The notes below the pieces were generated by a model. It made no database searches. It saw only the letters and a list, made by a program, of their open reading frames with translations, and was not told the origin of the DNA. A DNA stretch of 39,484 bases from Patescibacteria group bacterium. GTDB lineage: Bacteria > Patescibacteriota > Minisyncoccia > UBA6257 > GWB1-50-10. Position numbers and translations under genes: made by a program. Below, piece after piece: positions 17,279 to 25,949 of this stretch. Location of the stretch: positions 1 through 39,484 of the forward strand of contig JBBTYZ010000006.1 of NCBI GenBank assembly GCA_038061595.1, in the 5' to 3' direction. Numbering within the stretch: position 1 is the stretch's first letter; every line of letters begins with the position of its first letter.

Positions 17279-17611
17279 ATGGCAAAAAAAGAGGAGCAAC
17301 TTTTAAAAGAAAAATTAAGATTAAGGATAAAAGCGTACGACGCTAAGCTTATTGATTCTTCGGTACGCCAGATTATTGACGCGATAAGGCGGCAAGGTGG
17401 TGAGGTTATTGGTCCGATTCCGCTTCCTACGGAGATTAGGCGTTACACCGTGAATCGTTCAACCTTCGTCCATAAGAAATCGGGCGAACATTTTGAGATG
17501 AGGGTTCACAAGCGTCTTATAGATATTTTGAATCCGAGCCAAAAGATTATTGAATCTCTTACGGACTTCAATCTTCCGAGTGGAGTGGATGTCGAGATAA
17601 AAACCGCTTAA
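17279..17611 (+). CDS. rpsJ: 30S ribosomal protein S10
   Basis: Starts MAKKEEQ..LRLRIKAYD. The ORF-track start 17225 lies inside the upstream hairpin. Confidence 0.93.
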   Translation: MAKKEEQLLKEKLRLRIKAYDAKLIDSSVRQIIDAIRRQGGEVIGPIPLPTEIRRYTVNRSTFVHKKSGEHFEMRVHKRLIDILNPSQKIIESLTDFNLPSGVDVEIKTA

Positions 17612-17614
17612 CCG

Positions 17615-17643
17615 TTGACTTCCCGAGTATTATCGAGTAATAT
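17615..17643 (+). promoter_or_regulatory. Internal sigma70-like promoter (TTGACT-17-TAATAT) between rpsJ and rplC
   Basis: -35 at 17615-17620, -10 at 17638-17643. Confidence 0.55.
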
Positions 17644-17684
17644 CCATCCTTAAGGAGACGAAAGCCCCACAATATCTACGGAAC

Positions 17685-17712
17685 ACCGAGGCTCGTCTTC
17701 GGTTGTTTTTTT
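17685..17712 (+). terminator. Intrinsic terminator/attenuator in the rplC leader
   Basis: accgagg ctcgt cttcggt followed by tgttttttt. The upstream segment gacgaaagcc (17657-17666) can pair with ggctcgtc as an alternative structure. Confidence 0.55.
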
Positions 17713-17725
17713 AAGCAGGAAAAAT

Positions 17726-18148
17726 ATGAATAAACTAATATTCAAAAAAGTCAGAATGACTCAAATTTGGAAAAACGACGTTGCCCTGCCGGTAACGATT
17801 TTAGAGTTATTTAAGGGAGATGGGATTGGTGAAATTAAGGAAGGAGACAGAGTCGCTGTAAGTGGCATCTCTAAAGGAAAAGGTTTTCAGGGCGTGGTAA
17901 AGCGCCATGGTTTTCATGGTGGTCCTAAAACTCACGGACAAAAAAATAGATATAGAGCACCGGGATCAATCGGTTCTACCGCTCCCCAAAGAGTTCTTAA
18001 GGGAAGAAAAATGGCAGGCCGTATGGGTATGGAAAGAGTAACCGTCAGAAATGTTGTTGTTGCTGAAGTAAAACCGGAGGAAAAAATCATCATGGTAAAA
18101 GGCGCGGTTCCCGGAGTGCGTGGTAGGGAGGTAGAAATAAGGAAATAA
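17726..18148 (+). CDS. rplC: 50S ribosomal protein L3 (unusually short, 140 aa)
   Basis: The N-terminus KKVRMTQIW and the C-terminal GKGFQGVVKRHGF..HGQKNRYRAPGSIG..KGRKMAGRMG..VKGAVPG align to L3. About 60-70 central residues are absent. Confidence 0.9.
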   Translation: MNKLIFKKVRMTQIWKNDVALPVTILELFKGDGIGEIKEGDRVAVSGISKGKGFQGVVKRHGFHGGPKTHGQKNRYRAPGSIGSTAPQRVLKGRKMAGRMGMERVTVRNVVVAEVKPEEKIIMVKGAVPGVRGREVEIRK

Positions 18149-18152
18149 TAAT

Positions 18153-18770
18153 ATGAAAGTGGAAGTTTTAGACAAAAAAAATAATAGAGTTGGGACAATG
18201 GAACTGTCCGAAAAAGTTTTCAAGAGAGCCTGGAATCCTAACTTGGTTCATCAGGTTTTGACTTCCATGTTATCAAATAAGAGGCAGCCTTTGGCAAATA
18301 CTAAGGGGCGTGGAGAGGTTCGGGGAGGTGGTAAAAAACCGTATGCCCAGAAACATACGGGTCAGGCAAGAGCTGGTTCGACTAGGTCACCGTTATGGAA
18401 AGGAGGCGGTGTTACCTTTGGTCCGTCAAATGAAAGAAATTTTTATAGAAAAATAAATAAGAAAGTCAGAACTGCTGCGCTTTATTCGGTTTTATCCAAA
18501 AAAGCGAGTGATAAAGAAATTTTGATAATTGACGATTTAAAAATGGAAGACAATAAAACCAAGAAATTCGTCGCAGTTTTAAAAAATTTCTTGAAGGCTA
18601 AAGAGAGTGCTCTTATTGTAGTCGGTAAAGACAATAAGAACCTTTTTCTGGCTGCGAGAAATATACCAAAAATTGACGCGGTGGACATTTCTTCATTGAA
18701 TCTAATGTCTTCCTTGAGTCACAAGTATATTTTATTTGATAAAGAAGCCGTCTCAACTTTAAATAAATAA
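18153..18770 (+). CDS. rplD: 50S ribosomal protein L4
   Basis: 205 aa. KGRGEVRGGGKKPYAQKHTGQARAGS motif. Confidence 0.95.
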   Translation: MKVEVLDKKNNRVGTMELSEKVFKRAWNPNLVHQVLTSMLSNKRQPLANTKGRGEVRGGGKKPYAQKHTGQARAGSTRSPLWKGGGVTFGPSNERNFYRKINKKVRTAALYSVLSKKASDKEILIIDDLKMEDNKTKKFVAVLKNFLKAKESALIVVGKDNKNLFLAARNIPKIDAVDISSLNLMSSLSHKYILFDKEAVSTLNK

Positions 18771-18774
18771 AAAA

Positions 18775-19149
18775 ATGAGTATTTTTTCAAAAAAAGATAA
18801 AAAAGTTGAGAAGGTTTTGAAGCCACAAATTAAAGTCGTGGCTAAAGAAAAAATAGTTCCGGCTAAACACCTATCTAGCATTGTAAGCGTCTTAAAAAAA
18901 CCTTGGGTGAGCGAGAAGGCTACTAATCTAGGTAAACATAACCAATATGTTTTTTTGGTTGATAAGCGGTCTAACAAGAATGAGGTCAAAGAAGAAATTC
19001 GTAGGCGTTATGGTGTGGAGGTCACTTCGGTGAACACTGTCCGGAAACAAGGCAAGGTTAAAAGATATAGGAATTTTTTATCAAGACAAGAACTTACAAA
19101 GAAAGCAATTGTGACTTTGAAGGCCGGACAAAAGTTGGAGATAGTATAA
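18775..19149 (+). CDS. rplW: 50S ribosomal protein L23 (N-terminal extension)
   Basis: 124 aa. L23 core (KPWVSEKAT..YVFLVDKRSNKNEVKEEI) and operon position. Confidence 0.9.
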   Translation: MSIFSKKDKKVEKVLKPQIKVVAKEKIVPAKHLSSIVSVLKKPWVSEKATNLGKHNQYVFLVDKRSNKNEVKEEIRRRYGVEVTSVNTVRKQGKVKRYRNFLSRQELTKKAIVTLKAGQKLEIV

Positions 19150-19155
19150 AAATTT

Positions 19156-19995
19156 ATGAAACAATATAAACCAACAACTCCAGGTAGACGCGGTGCGAGC
19201 GTCGTCGATTATAGCGTCCTTACTGTGGGTAAGCCATTCAAGAAACTTACAACCAGAATAAGAACTCATGCCGGTAGGAACAATCAGGGCAGGATTACAA
19301 TGCGCCATCAAGGCGGAGGGAATAAGATAACATATCGCTTGGTTGATTTTAAACAGAACAAATTCGGGGTCCCCGGCGTTGTAGAAACATTAGAGTACGA
19401 TCCTTATCGTACAGCTTTCATAGCATTGGTGGTTTATAGAGATGGAGACAGGAGATATATCTTGGCGCCTCAGGGAGTTAAGGTTGGAAGCAAAATAATT
19501 ACGTCTGAAGACGCTCCTTTTGAACCGGGGATGAGGACAATTTTAAAGAGAATTCCAGTTGGTACTTTTGTTCATAACATTGAGTTTACGCCAGGAAGAG
19601 GCGGTCAGTTAGTTCGTTCTGCCGGTTCTGGAGCTCAGATTTTAGCCAATGAAGATAACTATACCCACATTAAGATGCCGTCGGGGGAAATAAGGAAGAT
19701 TTTATGGAGCGGCTGGGCGTCAATTGGACAGGTTTCAAATCCAGAGCATAATTTAACGGTCATCGGTAAGGCTGGTAGAAATCGCGCTATGGGTATTCGT
19801 CCAACAGTGAGAGGTAAAGCAATGAATCCGGTTGACCACAAATATGGTGGTGGAGAGGGTAATACGCAAAGAGGAACAAAGCGTCCTAAAGATATTTGGG
19901 GCAATATTACTGGTGGTCACAAAACCCGCAATAAAAAGAAATGGTCAAGCAAATTGATCTTAAAAAGAAGGCCCAAAAAATTAAGAAAGAAATAA
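19156..19995 (+). CDS. rplB: 50S ribosomal protein L2
   Basis: 279 aa. [33 protein letters not shown]. Confidence 0.97.
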   Translation: MKQYKPTTPGRRGASVVDYSVLTVGKPFKKLTTRIRTHAGRNNQGRITMRHQGGGNKITYRLVDFKQNKFGVPGVVETLEYDPYRTAFIALVVYRDGDRRYILAPQGVKVGSKIITSEDAPFEPGMRTILKRIPVGTFVHNIEFTPGRGGQLVRSAGSGAQILANEDNYTHIKMPSGEIRKILWSGWASIGQVSNPEHNLTVIGKAGRNRAMGIRPTVRGKAMNPVDHKYGGGEGNTQRGTKRPKDIWGNITGGHKTRNKKKWSSKLILKRRPKKLRKK

Positions 19996-20005
19996 TTTAA
20001 ACATT

Positions 20006-20332
20006 ATGTCTAGATCAGCTAAAAAAGGTCCATATATAGATCCAAAACTTTTAAAGAAAGTCTTGAAGTCAAAACCAGACGGTAAGACGGTCATTAAAAC
20101 TTGGGCAAGGCATTCGGAAATTTCCCCGGAAATGGTGGGCTATATTTTTGGCGTTCATAATGGAAAGAACTTTATTGAAGTTAGGGTTACTGAAGATATG
20201 GTTGGTCATCGGCTTGGAGAATTTTCTCTAACAAGAAAATTCGTAAAGCATGGTGGTAAGATGCAGCGTGATTTGGAATCGGGCGCAACCGCTAAAGAGG
20301 GAGCACCTGCAACTCCGGCTGCGAAAAAATAA
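20006..20332 (+). CDS. rpsS: 30S ribosomal protein S19
   Basis: [12 protein letters not shown].., [16 protein letters not shown]. Confidence 0.95.
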   Translation: MSRSAKKGPYIDPKLLKKVLKSKPDGKTVIKTWARHSEISPEMVGYIFGVHNGKNFIEVRVTEDMVGHRLGEFSLTRKFVKHGGKMQRDLESGATAKEGAPATPAAKK

Positions 20333-20340
20333 AAACAAAC

Positions 20341-20853
20341 ATGACTAATATCATTACGGCAAAATTAAAATACCTCCGGCTTCCTCATAGAAAAACTCGC
20401 TTTGTCGCGAACCTCATTAAGGGTTTACCAGTTGATGAAGCGGAAGCTCAACTCATGCTAAATTCGAGGCGCGCTTCTCCTGTTCTATTAAAACTTCTAA
20501 AATCGGCTATTTCTAATGCAAAGAATAACAATAAACTAAGTTCGGACAGTCTCTATATTAAAGATATCCGCGTTAATCAGGGCAATATGTTTACGAGATA
20601 TACTCCGCGTGCCAAAGGTTCGGCGAGCCCTATTCAGAAGAAGACGAGCCATGTAATTCTGGTTTTGGGCGTAAGAGAAGCCAAGCCGCCAAAGTTTCTT
20701 ATTAAAGAAAGAGAGAAGAAAGTTAAAAAAACTGTTGAATCTAAAAAAGATACAGAAAATAAATTTAAGGATAAGGATAAAAAAGCGGTTGGAGTAAACC
20801 CCATCTCTAAGCCAGGGTTCTTTAAGCGAGTCTTTAGTAGAAAATCAATATAA
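20341..20853 (+). CDS. rplV: 50S ribosomal protein L22 (long Lys-rich C-terminal extension)
   Basis: 170 aa. L22 core in the first ~110 aa and operon position. Confidence 0.9.
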   Translation: MTNIITAKLKYLRLPHRKTRFVANLIKGLPVDEAEAQLMLNSRRASPVLLKLLKSAISNAKNNNKLSSDSLYIKDIRVNQGNMFTRYTPRAKGSASPIQKKTSHVILVLGVREAKPPKFLIKEREKKVKKTVESKKDTENKFKDKDKKAVGVNPISKPGFFKRVFSRKSI

Positions 20854-20857
20854 ACTT

Positions 20858-21529
20858 ATGGCACAAAAAATAAAACCGAATACATTCAGATTGGGAATTA
20901 CGCTTCCTTGGTCCAGCCAATGGTTTTTCAAACGTACTTTGAGATTTTTTCTTGAGGAAGACCATCTCGTTAGAGAAATAATAAGAGACAAAATTCTTGC
21001 TGCGGGCATTGCCGGCATCGATATACAAAGGACTAATGACACAATCAGAGTATCAATAAAAGCCGGACGCCCCGGACTTATAATTGGACGTGGCGGAAAG
21101 GGGATAGACGAACTGAAGACAGCCTTACATAAAGCGGTGAGTGCTCTGCGTAAGAAGAATAAAGTTTTGAAACCATTTAATTTGAACCTCAATGTTGAAG
21201 AATTAAAACGTTCCGACGTTTCTGCGGCAATTGTTGCCCAGCAAATGGCATTCGATATAGAAAAGAGACTGCCCTACAGGAGCGTGGTCAAAAGAAATTT
21301 GGAGAGTATGAAACAAAACAGAGGAGTTCAGGGCGCAAAGATCAAAATGTCCGGCAGGTTAAATGGCGGAGAAATTGCCCGAGTTGACCAATTGTCATTC
21401 GGAAAAATGCCATTACAGACATTAAGAGCTGATATAGATTACGGTGAAGCGACAGCTTTTAATAGTTATGGAACGGTTGGGATAAAAGTCTGGATTTATA
21501 AAGGAGAAGTATTTAACGAGAAAAAATAA
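20858..21529 (+). CDS. rpsC: 30S ribosomal protein S3
   Basis: [14 protein letters not shown].., KH domain [14 protein letters not shown]. Confidence 0.96.
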   Translation: MAQKIKPNTFRLGITLPWSSQWFFKRTLRFFLEEDHLVREIIRDKILAAGIAGIDIQRTNDTIRVSIKAGRPGLIIGRGGKGIDELKTALHKAVSALRKKNKVLKPFNLNLNVEELKRSDVSAAIVAQQMAFDIEKRLPYRSVVKRNLESMKQNRGVQGAKIKMSGRLNGGEIARVDQLSFGKMPLQTLRADIDYGEATAFNSYGTVGIKVWIYKGEVFNEKK

Positions 21530-21531
21530 AC

Positions 21532-21942
21532 ATGTTGCAACCAAAGAAGCAAAAACATAGAAAAATGCAGAAAGGCAGATCTTTGAAGAGAATGAAGGAA
21601 ACTCGCGGAATAAAATTGAGTTTCGGCAGCTTTGGTTTGCAAGCTACGACTGCAAAGTGGATAACCGCCAACCAAATAGAAGCTGCTCGTAAAGCGATAA
21701 CCAATTCTTTGAAAAGAGAAGGTAAAATTTGGATAAGGATATTTCCAGACAAACCAATAACCAAACTTCCTCCGGAGGTTACGCTTGGAGGCGGAAAAGG
21801 AGAGGTTAGTCACTACGTCGTTCCTGTTAAGCCTGGCAGAATTTTATTCGAGATTGATGGGGTAAAAGAAGATGCGGCACGCGCGGCATTGAGGCTTGCA
21901 GGTCACAAATTGCCGGTCAGAACGAAAGTAGTTATTAAATAA
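21532..21942 (+). CDS. rplP: 50S ribosomal protein L16
   Basis: [11 protein letters not shown].., 136 aa. Confidence 0.96.
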   Translation: MLQPKKQKHRKMQKGRSLKRMKETRGIKLSFGSFGLQATTAKWITANQIEAARKAITNSLKREGKIWIRIFPDKPITKLPPEVTLGGGKGEVSHYVVPVKPGRILFEIDGVKEDAARAALRLAGHKLPVRTKVVIK

Positions 21943-21946
21943 AAAC

Positions 21947-22153
21947 ATGGATAAAAAAGAATTCGAACAATTTAAATCAAAATCAATTGCTGAACTAGAA
22001 GGGGCCCTGATGTCGTTTAGAGACAATTTACACGTTCTTAAATTCGATTTGTCTTTAGGAAAGGTTAAGAATATAAGAGAAATCAGGAAGGTAAAGAAAG
22101 TTATTGCAAAACTTTTGACTTTGAAAAATTCTGCAACAGCAATAAAAACATGA
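21947..22153 (+). CDS. rpmC: 50S ribosomal protein L29
   Basis: 68 aa helical protein in the L16-L29-S17 position. Confidence 0.88.
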   Translation: MDKKEFEQFKSKSIAELEGALMSFRDNLHVLKFDLSLGKVKNIREIRKVKKVIAKLLTLKNSATAIKT

Positions 22154-22377
22154 GAAAACTTCAAGGCACAGTAGTGTCCGACAAAATGAACAAAACAAGA
22201 GTAGTTGCCGTTCTACGCTTAAAGAAGCACGCGCGCTATCTTAAGTATTACAAGGTTACAGAAAGATTTAAGGCGCACGACGAGAACAACGAATATAAAA
22301 TCGGCGACAAGGTGGAAATACAAGAAGTTCGTCCGATGTCCAAAGAGAAGCGTTGGAAAATAATTGGAAAAATATGA
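22150..22377 (+). CDS. rpsQ: 30S ribosomal protein S17
   Basis: [16 protein letters not shown].., 75 aa, ATGA overlaps on both sides. Confidence 0.93.
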   Translation: MRKLQGTVVSDKMNKTRVVAVLRLKKHARYLKYYKVTERFKAHDENNEYKIGDKVEIQEVRPMSKEKRWKIIGKI

Positions 22378-22745
22378 TTCAAGAAAGATCAATATTAAAA
22401 GTTGCCGATAATAGCGGTGCAAAAACTGTTCGCTGTTTTAGGATTTTGGGTGGAAGTGGTCGTCATTATGCCAGAATTGGAGATATTGTGGTTGCATCTG
22501 TTCAAAAGGCTGAACCTCGTAATAAACAGCAGGTTAAAAAGAAAGACATAGTTAAAGCACTGGTTGTTCGCCAAAGGGCACCAATGAGGCGGCCTGATGG
22601 TTCTTACATTCGTTTCGACGACAATGCAGTTGTTTTAATAGATAAAAAAGAGCCGAGGGCAACAAGAATATTCGGTCCAATTCCTAGAGAGATAAAGGAA
22701 AAAGGTTATGATACCATTGCTTCTTTGGCGCCGGAATTGGTGTAA
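22374..22745 (+). CDS. rplN: 50S ribosomal protein L14
   Basis: [17 protein letters not shown] from ATG 22374, overlapping the rpsQ stop. The ORF-track start 22353 is an extension. Confidence 0.95.
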   Translation: MIQERSILKVADNSGAKTVRCFRILGGSGRHYARIGDIVVASVQKAEPRNKQQVKKKDIVKALVVRQRAPMRRPDGSYIRFDDNAVVLIDKKEPRATRIFGPIPREIKEKGYDTIASLAPELV

Positions 22746-22749
22746 ATTT

Positions 22750-23055
22750 ATGAATATCAAAAAAGGAGACAATGTAAAAATTTTAAAGGGCAAAGATGCC
22801 GGCAAGACTGGTAAGGTTATTAGGGTTTCTGAAAAAGACAATAAAATTACTATTGACGGTTTGAATGTTTTCAAAAAACATTCAAAACCCAAACGCCAAG
22901 GGCAAAAAGGAGAAATAGTAAATGTTGTGAGGCCGCTAGACGTATCTAATGCTCAGATTGTCTGTCCGAGCTGTAATAAGGCGACAAGAGTGGGGCATAG
23001 GATAAATGAAAAACAAAAGACCCGATATTGCAAAAAGTGCAATGCCGCAATATAA
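22750..23055 (+). CDS. rplX: 50S ribosomal protein L24 (with C-terminal CxxC..CxxC)
   Basis: MNIKKGDNVKILKGKDAGKTGKV from ATG 22750. KOW motif. Confidence 0.93.
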   Translation: MNIKKGDNVKILKGKDAGKTGKVIRVSEKDNKITIDGLNVFKKHSKPKRQGQKGEIVNVVRPLDVSNAQIVCPSCNKATRVGHRINEKQKTRYCKKCNAAI

Positions 23056-23059
23056 ATCT

Positions 23060-23557
23060 ATGGATAAGAATTACGAAATAATTAGAAAAAATTTTGATAA
23101 GATAGTTGTTAATGTTGGCGTTGGTAAAATGCGTTCCCAGGGTGGTTTTGATGAAAAAGTTTTACCGTTAATCATGAAAGAATTGTCCGAGATAACAGGA
23201 CAAAAACCTTCTCCACGCCCTGCTAAAAAATCCATCGCTGGTTTCAAGACGCGGGAAGGCGAAGTTTTGGGCCTCAAGGTTTCTTTGAGAGAAAAAAGAA
23301 TGGCTGATTTTTTCTTGCGCATCATTAATTTCGTTCTACCTCGGGTAAAGGATTTCAGGGGGCTGGAATTGAGCAATGTAGACCAAAACGGGAATTTGAA
23401 TATAGGCATAAGAGAACAGTTTGTTTTCCCTGAAATAAGCGCCGAGAAATCAAAAGTCAATTTTGGTATACAGATAACCGTTGTCCCTAATAATAAGGAT
23501 AGGGATAAAGCGATTGATTTGTATCGATCGATTGGGGTACCATTGAAAAAACTTTAA
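23060..23557 (+). CDS. rplE: 50S ribosomal protein L5
   Basis: Starts at ATG 23060 ([16 protein letters not shown]). [14 protein letters not shown] motif. Confidence 0.93.
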   Translation: MDKNYEIIRKNFDKIVVNVGVGKMRSQGGFDEKVLPLIMKELSEITGQKPSPRPAKKSIAGFKTREGEVLGLKVSLREKRMADFFLRIINFVLPRVKDFRGLELSNVDQNGNLNIGIREQFVFPEISAEKSKVNFGIQITVVPNNKDRDKAIDLYRSIGVPLKKL

Positions 23558-23559
23558 CT

Positions 23560-23745
23560 ATGGCAAAAACATCTGTAAGGGCGAGAGCCCGCAAAAAACC
23601 CAAATTCAGTTCACGTACGGTGCGACGTTGTTTTCGTTGCGGTCGTGGGAGGGGATATATGCGTGAATTTAACCTTTGCAGAATTTGTTTCAGAGAGCTC
23701 GCATCTAAGGGTGAAATTCCGGGTGTAAAAAAATCTTCTTGGTAA
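23560..23745 (+). CDS. rpsN: 30S ribosomal protein S14, zinc-binding type Z
   Basis: 61 aa with CFRCGR..LCRIC. Confidence 0.95.
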   Translation: MAKTSVRARARKKPKFSSRTVRRCFRCGRGRGYMREFNLCRICFRELASKGEIPGVKKSSW

Positions 23746-23746
23746 T

Positions 23747-24118
23747 ATGTATATAAATTTATTAGTGAAAATTAAAAATGCCCAAGCCGCTGATAAGAAA
23801 TCATTAAAATCGCCTTTTACTAAAATGGATCAGGCGGTTGTTGAGGTTCTTCAAAAATACGATTTCATAAAAAAATTAGAGGTTAAGGGTAGATCATTTA
23901 AAAAAGTTATGGAGTTGCAATTAAATCCAGAACGCCCGATACAAGGCGTAAAATTCCTAAGTCGTCCATCAGTGAGAAGATACGGAGGTTATAAAGATTT
24001 CAGGAGAGTTAAAGGCGGAGAGGGAATACTTGTGGTTTCAACACCGAGGGGAGTTTTGAGCGGTGTTGATGCTAGGAAACAGAAAGTCGGCGGAGAGCTT
24101 TTGTTTGAAATTTGGTAA
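23747..24118 (+). CDS. rpsH: 30S ribosomal protein S8
   Basis: 123 aa, C-terminal GGELLFEIW, operon position. Confidence 0.93.
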   Translation: MYINLLVKIKNAQAADKKSLKSPFTKMDQAVVEVLQKYDFIKKLEVKGRSFKKVMELQLNPERPIQGVKFLSRPSVRRYGGYKDFRRVKGGEGILVVSTPRGVLSGVDARKQKVGGELLFEIW

Positions 24119-24124
24119 AAAAAT

Positions 24125-24685
24125 ATGAGTAAGATTGGAAAACAAATAATTAAAATACCGGCAGAGTTGGAAGTTGTTCTCGGGGATACTATAAAGATTA
24201 AAAGTTCGAAAGCCGAGCTTAATTTTCCTATCTTAGAAAATATTGAAGCGAATTATGATTCGGAAAAAAGAGAATTGAGGTTTACTGCTAAAAGCGATGA
24301 TAAGCAGTCTCGTAGTAACTGGGGCACACAAACATCCATCGTCAAAAATGGCGTAGAAGGCTTGACTAAGGGTTTTGAGAAAACTCTTCTCTTGGAAGGG
24401 GTAGGCTACAAAGTGATTAAAGAAGGGGAAGACCTGGTTCTAAGCCTCGGTTTTTCTCATCCAGTCCGTTTCAAGGGTAGGGCGGGTATCTTATTTGAAG
24501 TGGAAAAAAACACTATTTTGAAAATAAAAGGTTTTAATAAAGAGGTAGTTGGACAGGTTGCCGCAGAAATCCGAGCATTGAAGAAACCAGAGCCTTATAA
24601 AGGAAAAGGTTTTCGCTACTCTGATGAGGTAATTATAAGGAAGGCCGGCAAGAAAGCTGCAACGACAGCTGGAGGGGCGGCATAA
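24125..24685 (+). CDS. rplF: 50S ribosomal protein L6
   Basis: MSKIGKQIIKIP.., EPYKGKGFRY. Confidence 0.95.
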   Translation: MSKIGKQIIKIPAELEVVLGDTIKIKSSKAELNFPILENIEANYDSEKRELRFTAKSDDKQSRSNWGTQTSIVKNGVEGLTKGFEKTLLLEGVGYKVIKEGEDLVLSLGFSHPVRFKGRAGILFEVEKNTILKIKGFNKEVVGQVAAEIRALKKPEPYKGKGFRYSDEVIIRKAGKKAATTAGGAA

Positions 24686-24696
24686 ATATAAACAAC

Positions 24697-25050
24697 ATGA
24701 AACAAGTCAAAAACTTAAATAAAATAAGGATTCGTAGGAAAGCTCGGGTTCGTGCCAGGATTATTGGTACCGCTATAAAACCACGACTCTCCGTTTTTAG
24801 GAGTAATAAAAATGTTTATGTTCAGCTTATTGATGATGTGGCTCAAAAAACTCTCGCATCCGCTTCTACCTACAATACAAAAACAAAAGGCACGAAGTCG
24901 GATCTGGCGAAAGAAGTAGGCGATGCGATAGCTAAGAAAGCCAAGGAATTAGGAATTGTTTCAGTAATTTTGGATAGAGGTTCTTCAAAGTTTCATGGTC
25001 GCATAAAAGCAATAGCAGAAGCTGCCCGTGAAGGCGGATTGAAATTATAA
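24697..25050 (+). CDS. rplR: 50S ribosomal protein L18
   Basis: RLSVFRSNKNVYVQLIDD.., HGRIKAIAEAAREGGL. Confidence 0.95.
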   Translation: MKQVKNLNKIRIRRKARVRARIIGTAIKPRLSVFRSNKNVYVQLIDDVAQKTLASASTYNTKTKGTKSDLAKEVGDAIAKKAKELGIVSVILDRGSSKFHGRIKAIAEAAREGGLKL

Positions 25051-25054
25051 TAAT

Positions 25055-25546
25055 ATGGCTATGTTTAGGAAAAATTTTAAAACACCGAGCGAATTCAGAG
25101 AAAAGACTCTTGAAGTGAGCAGGGTGACTCGTGTTATGGCGGGCGGCAAGCGTTTTAGTTTTCGCGCAACCGTTGTCTTGGGTGATATGAAAGGAAGGGT
25201 TGGTTTAGGTATTGCGAAAGGATTGGATGTCGCCTCCGCCGTAGAGAAAGCAAAGAAATATGCTAAAAAGAATATGATAACATTCGTTCTGAAAGACAAT
25301 CGTACAATTCCTTACGATGTGGAAGCAAAATATGGTGCTGCGAGAGTTAAATTGAAACCTGCTAAAATGAACCACGGTCTTATCGCTGGAGGATCATCTA
25401 GAGCCGTTTTGGAGGTTGGGGGAGTTAAAGACATATCAGCAAAAATATTGGGGAGGACAACCAACAAGATTGCGAATGCAATGGCAACAATTATGGCGCT
25501 TTCAAAATTTAAGAAAAAAGAAAAACATGCAACTACATCAGCTTAA
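25055..25546 (+). CDS. rpsE: 30S ribosomal protein S5
   Basis: VSRVTRVMAGGKRFSFRATVVLGD.. and GLIAGG. Confidence 0.95.
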   Translation: MAMFRKNFKTPSEFREKTLEVSRVTRVMAGGKRFSFRATVVLGDMKGRVGLGIAKGLDVASAVEKAKKYAKKNMITFVLKDNRTIPYDVEAKYGAARVKLKPAKMNHGLIAGGSSRAVLEVGGVKDISAKILGRTTNKIANAMATIMALSKFKKKEKHATTSA

Positions 25547-25946
25547 ACCGAGAACAAAAAGAAGGAATATAAAAAGAGTAGGGCGAGGCGGAAAACGCGG
25601 AACCTACTCCGGCCGGGGGACGAAAGGTCAAAAGGCTCGTTCGGGACACGTTATTAGGCCAGCCGAAAGAGATTTGTTTTCAAGAATTCCTAAGTTAAGG
25701 GGTGTTAAGAATAGACCCAGGAGAGAGAAGCCAATTGAGATAAATTTGGGTCTTTTGGACAGCAAAATTAAAGGTAGTATTGTAAACCGCAAAACATTAG
25801 TGGAGGCCGGTTTAATTGGGGGTCTTCGTGATGATGTTAAGATTCTAAGCATGGGAGAGGTTAATAAAAAATTGATGGTTGAGGGATTGAAGATGTCTAA
25901 AAAAGCTAAGGAGAAGATAGAGAAGGCTGGAGGAGAGGTTAAATAA
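25527..25946 (+). CDS. rplO: 50S ribosomal protein L15
   Basis: MQLHQLKPRTKRR..RVGRGGKRGTYSGRGTKGQKARSG from ATG 25527. Overlaps the rpsE 3' end by 20 nt. No L30 gene lies between. Confidence 0.93.
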   Translation: MQLHQLKPRTKRRNIKRVGRGGKRGTYSGRGTKGQKARSGHVIRPAERDLFSRIPKLRGVKNRPRREKPIEINLGLLDSKIKGSIVNRKTLVEAGLIGGLRDDVKILSMGEVNKKLMVEGLKMSKKAKEKIEKAGGEVK

Positions 25947-25949
25947 AAA

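Noticed and set aside
17726-18148. Short L3 as a frameshifted pseudogene
   Set aside because: The N- and C-terminal conserved blocks are in the same uninterrupted frame. There is no residual L3-like sequence in other frames, and the surrounding operon is intact.
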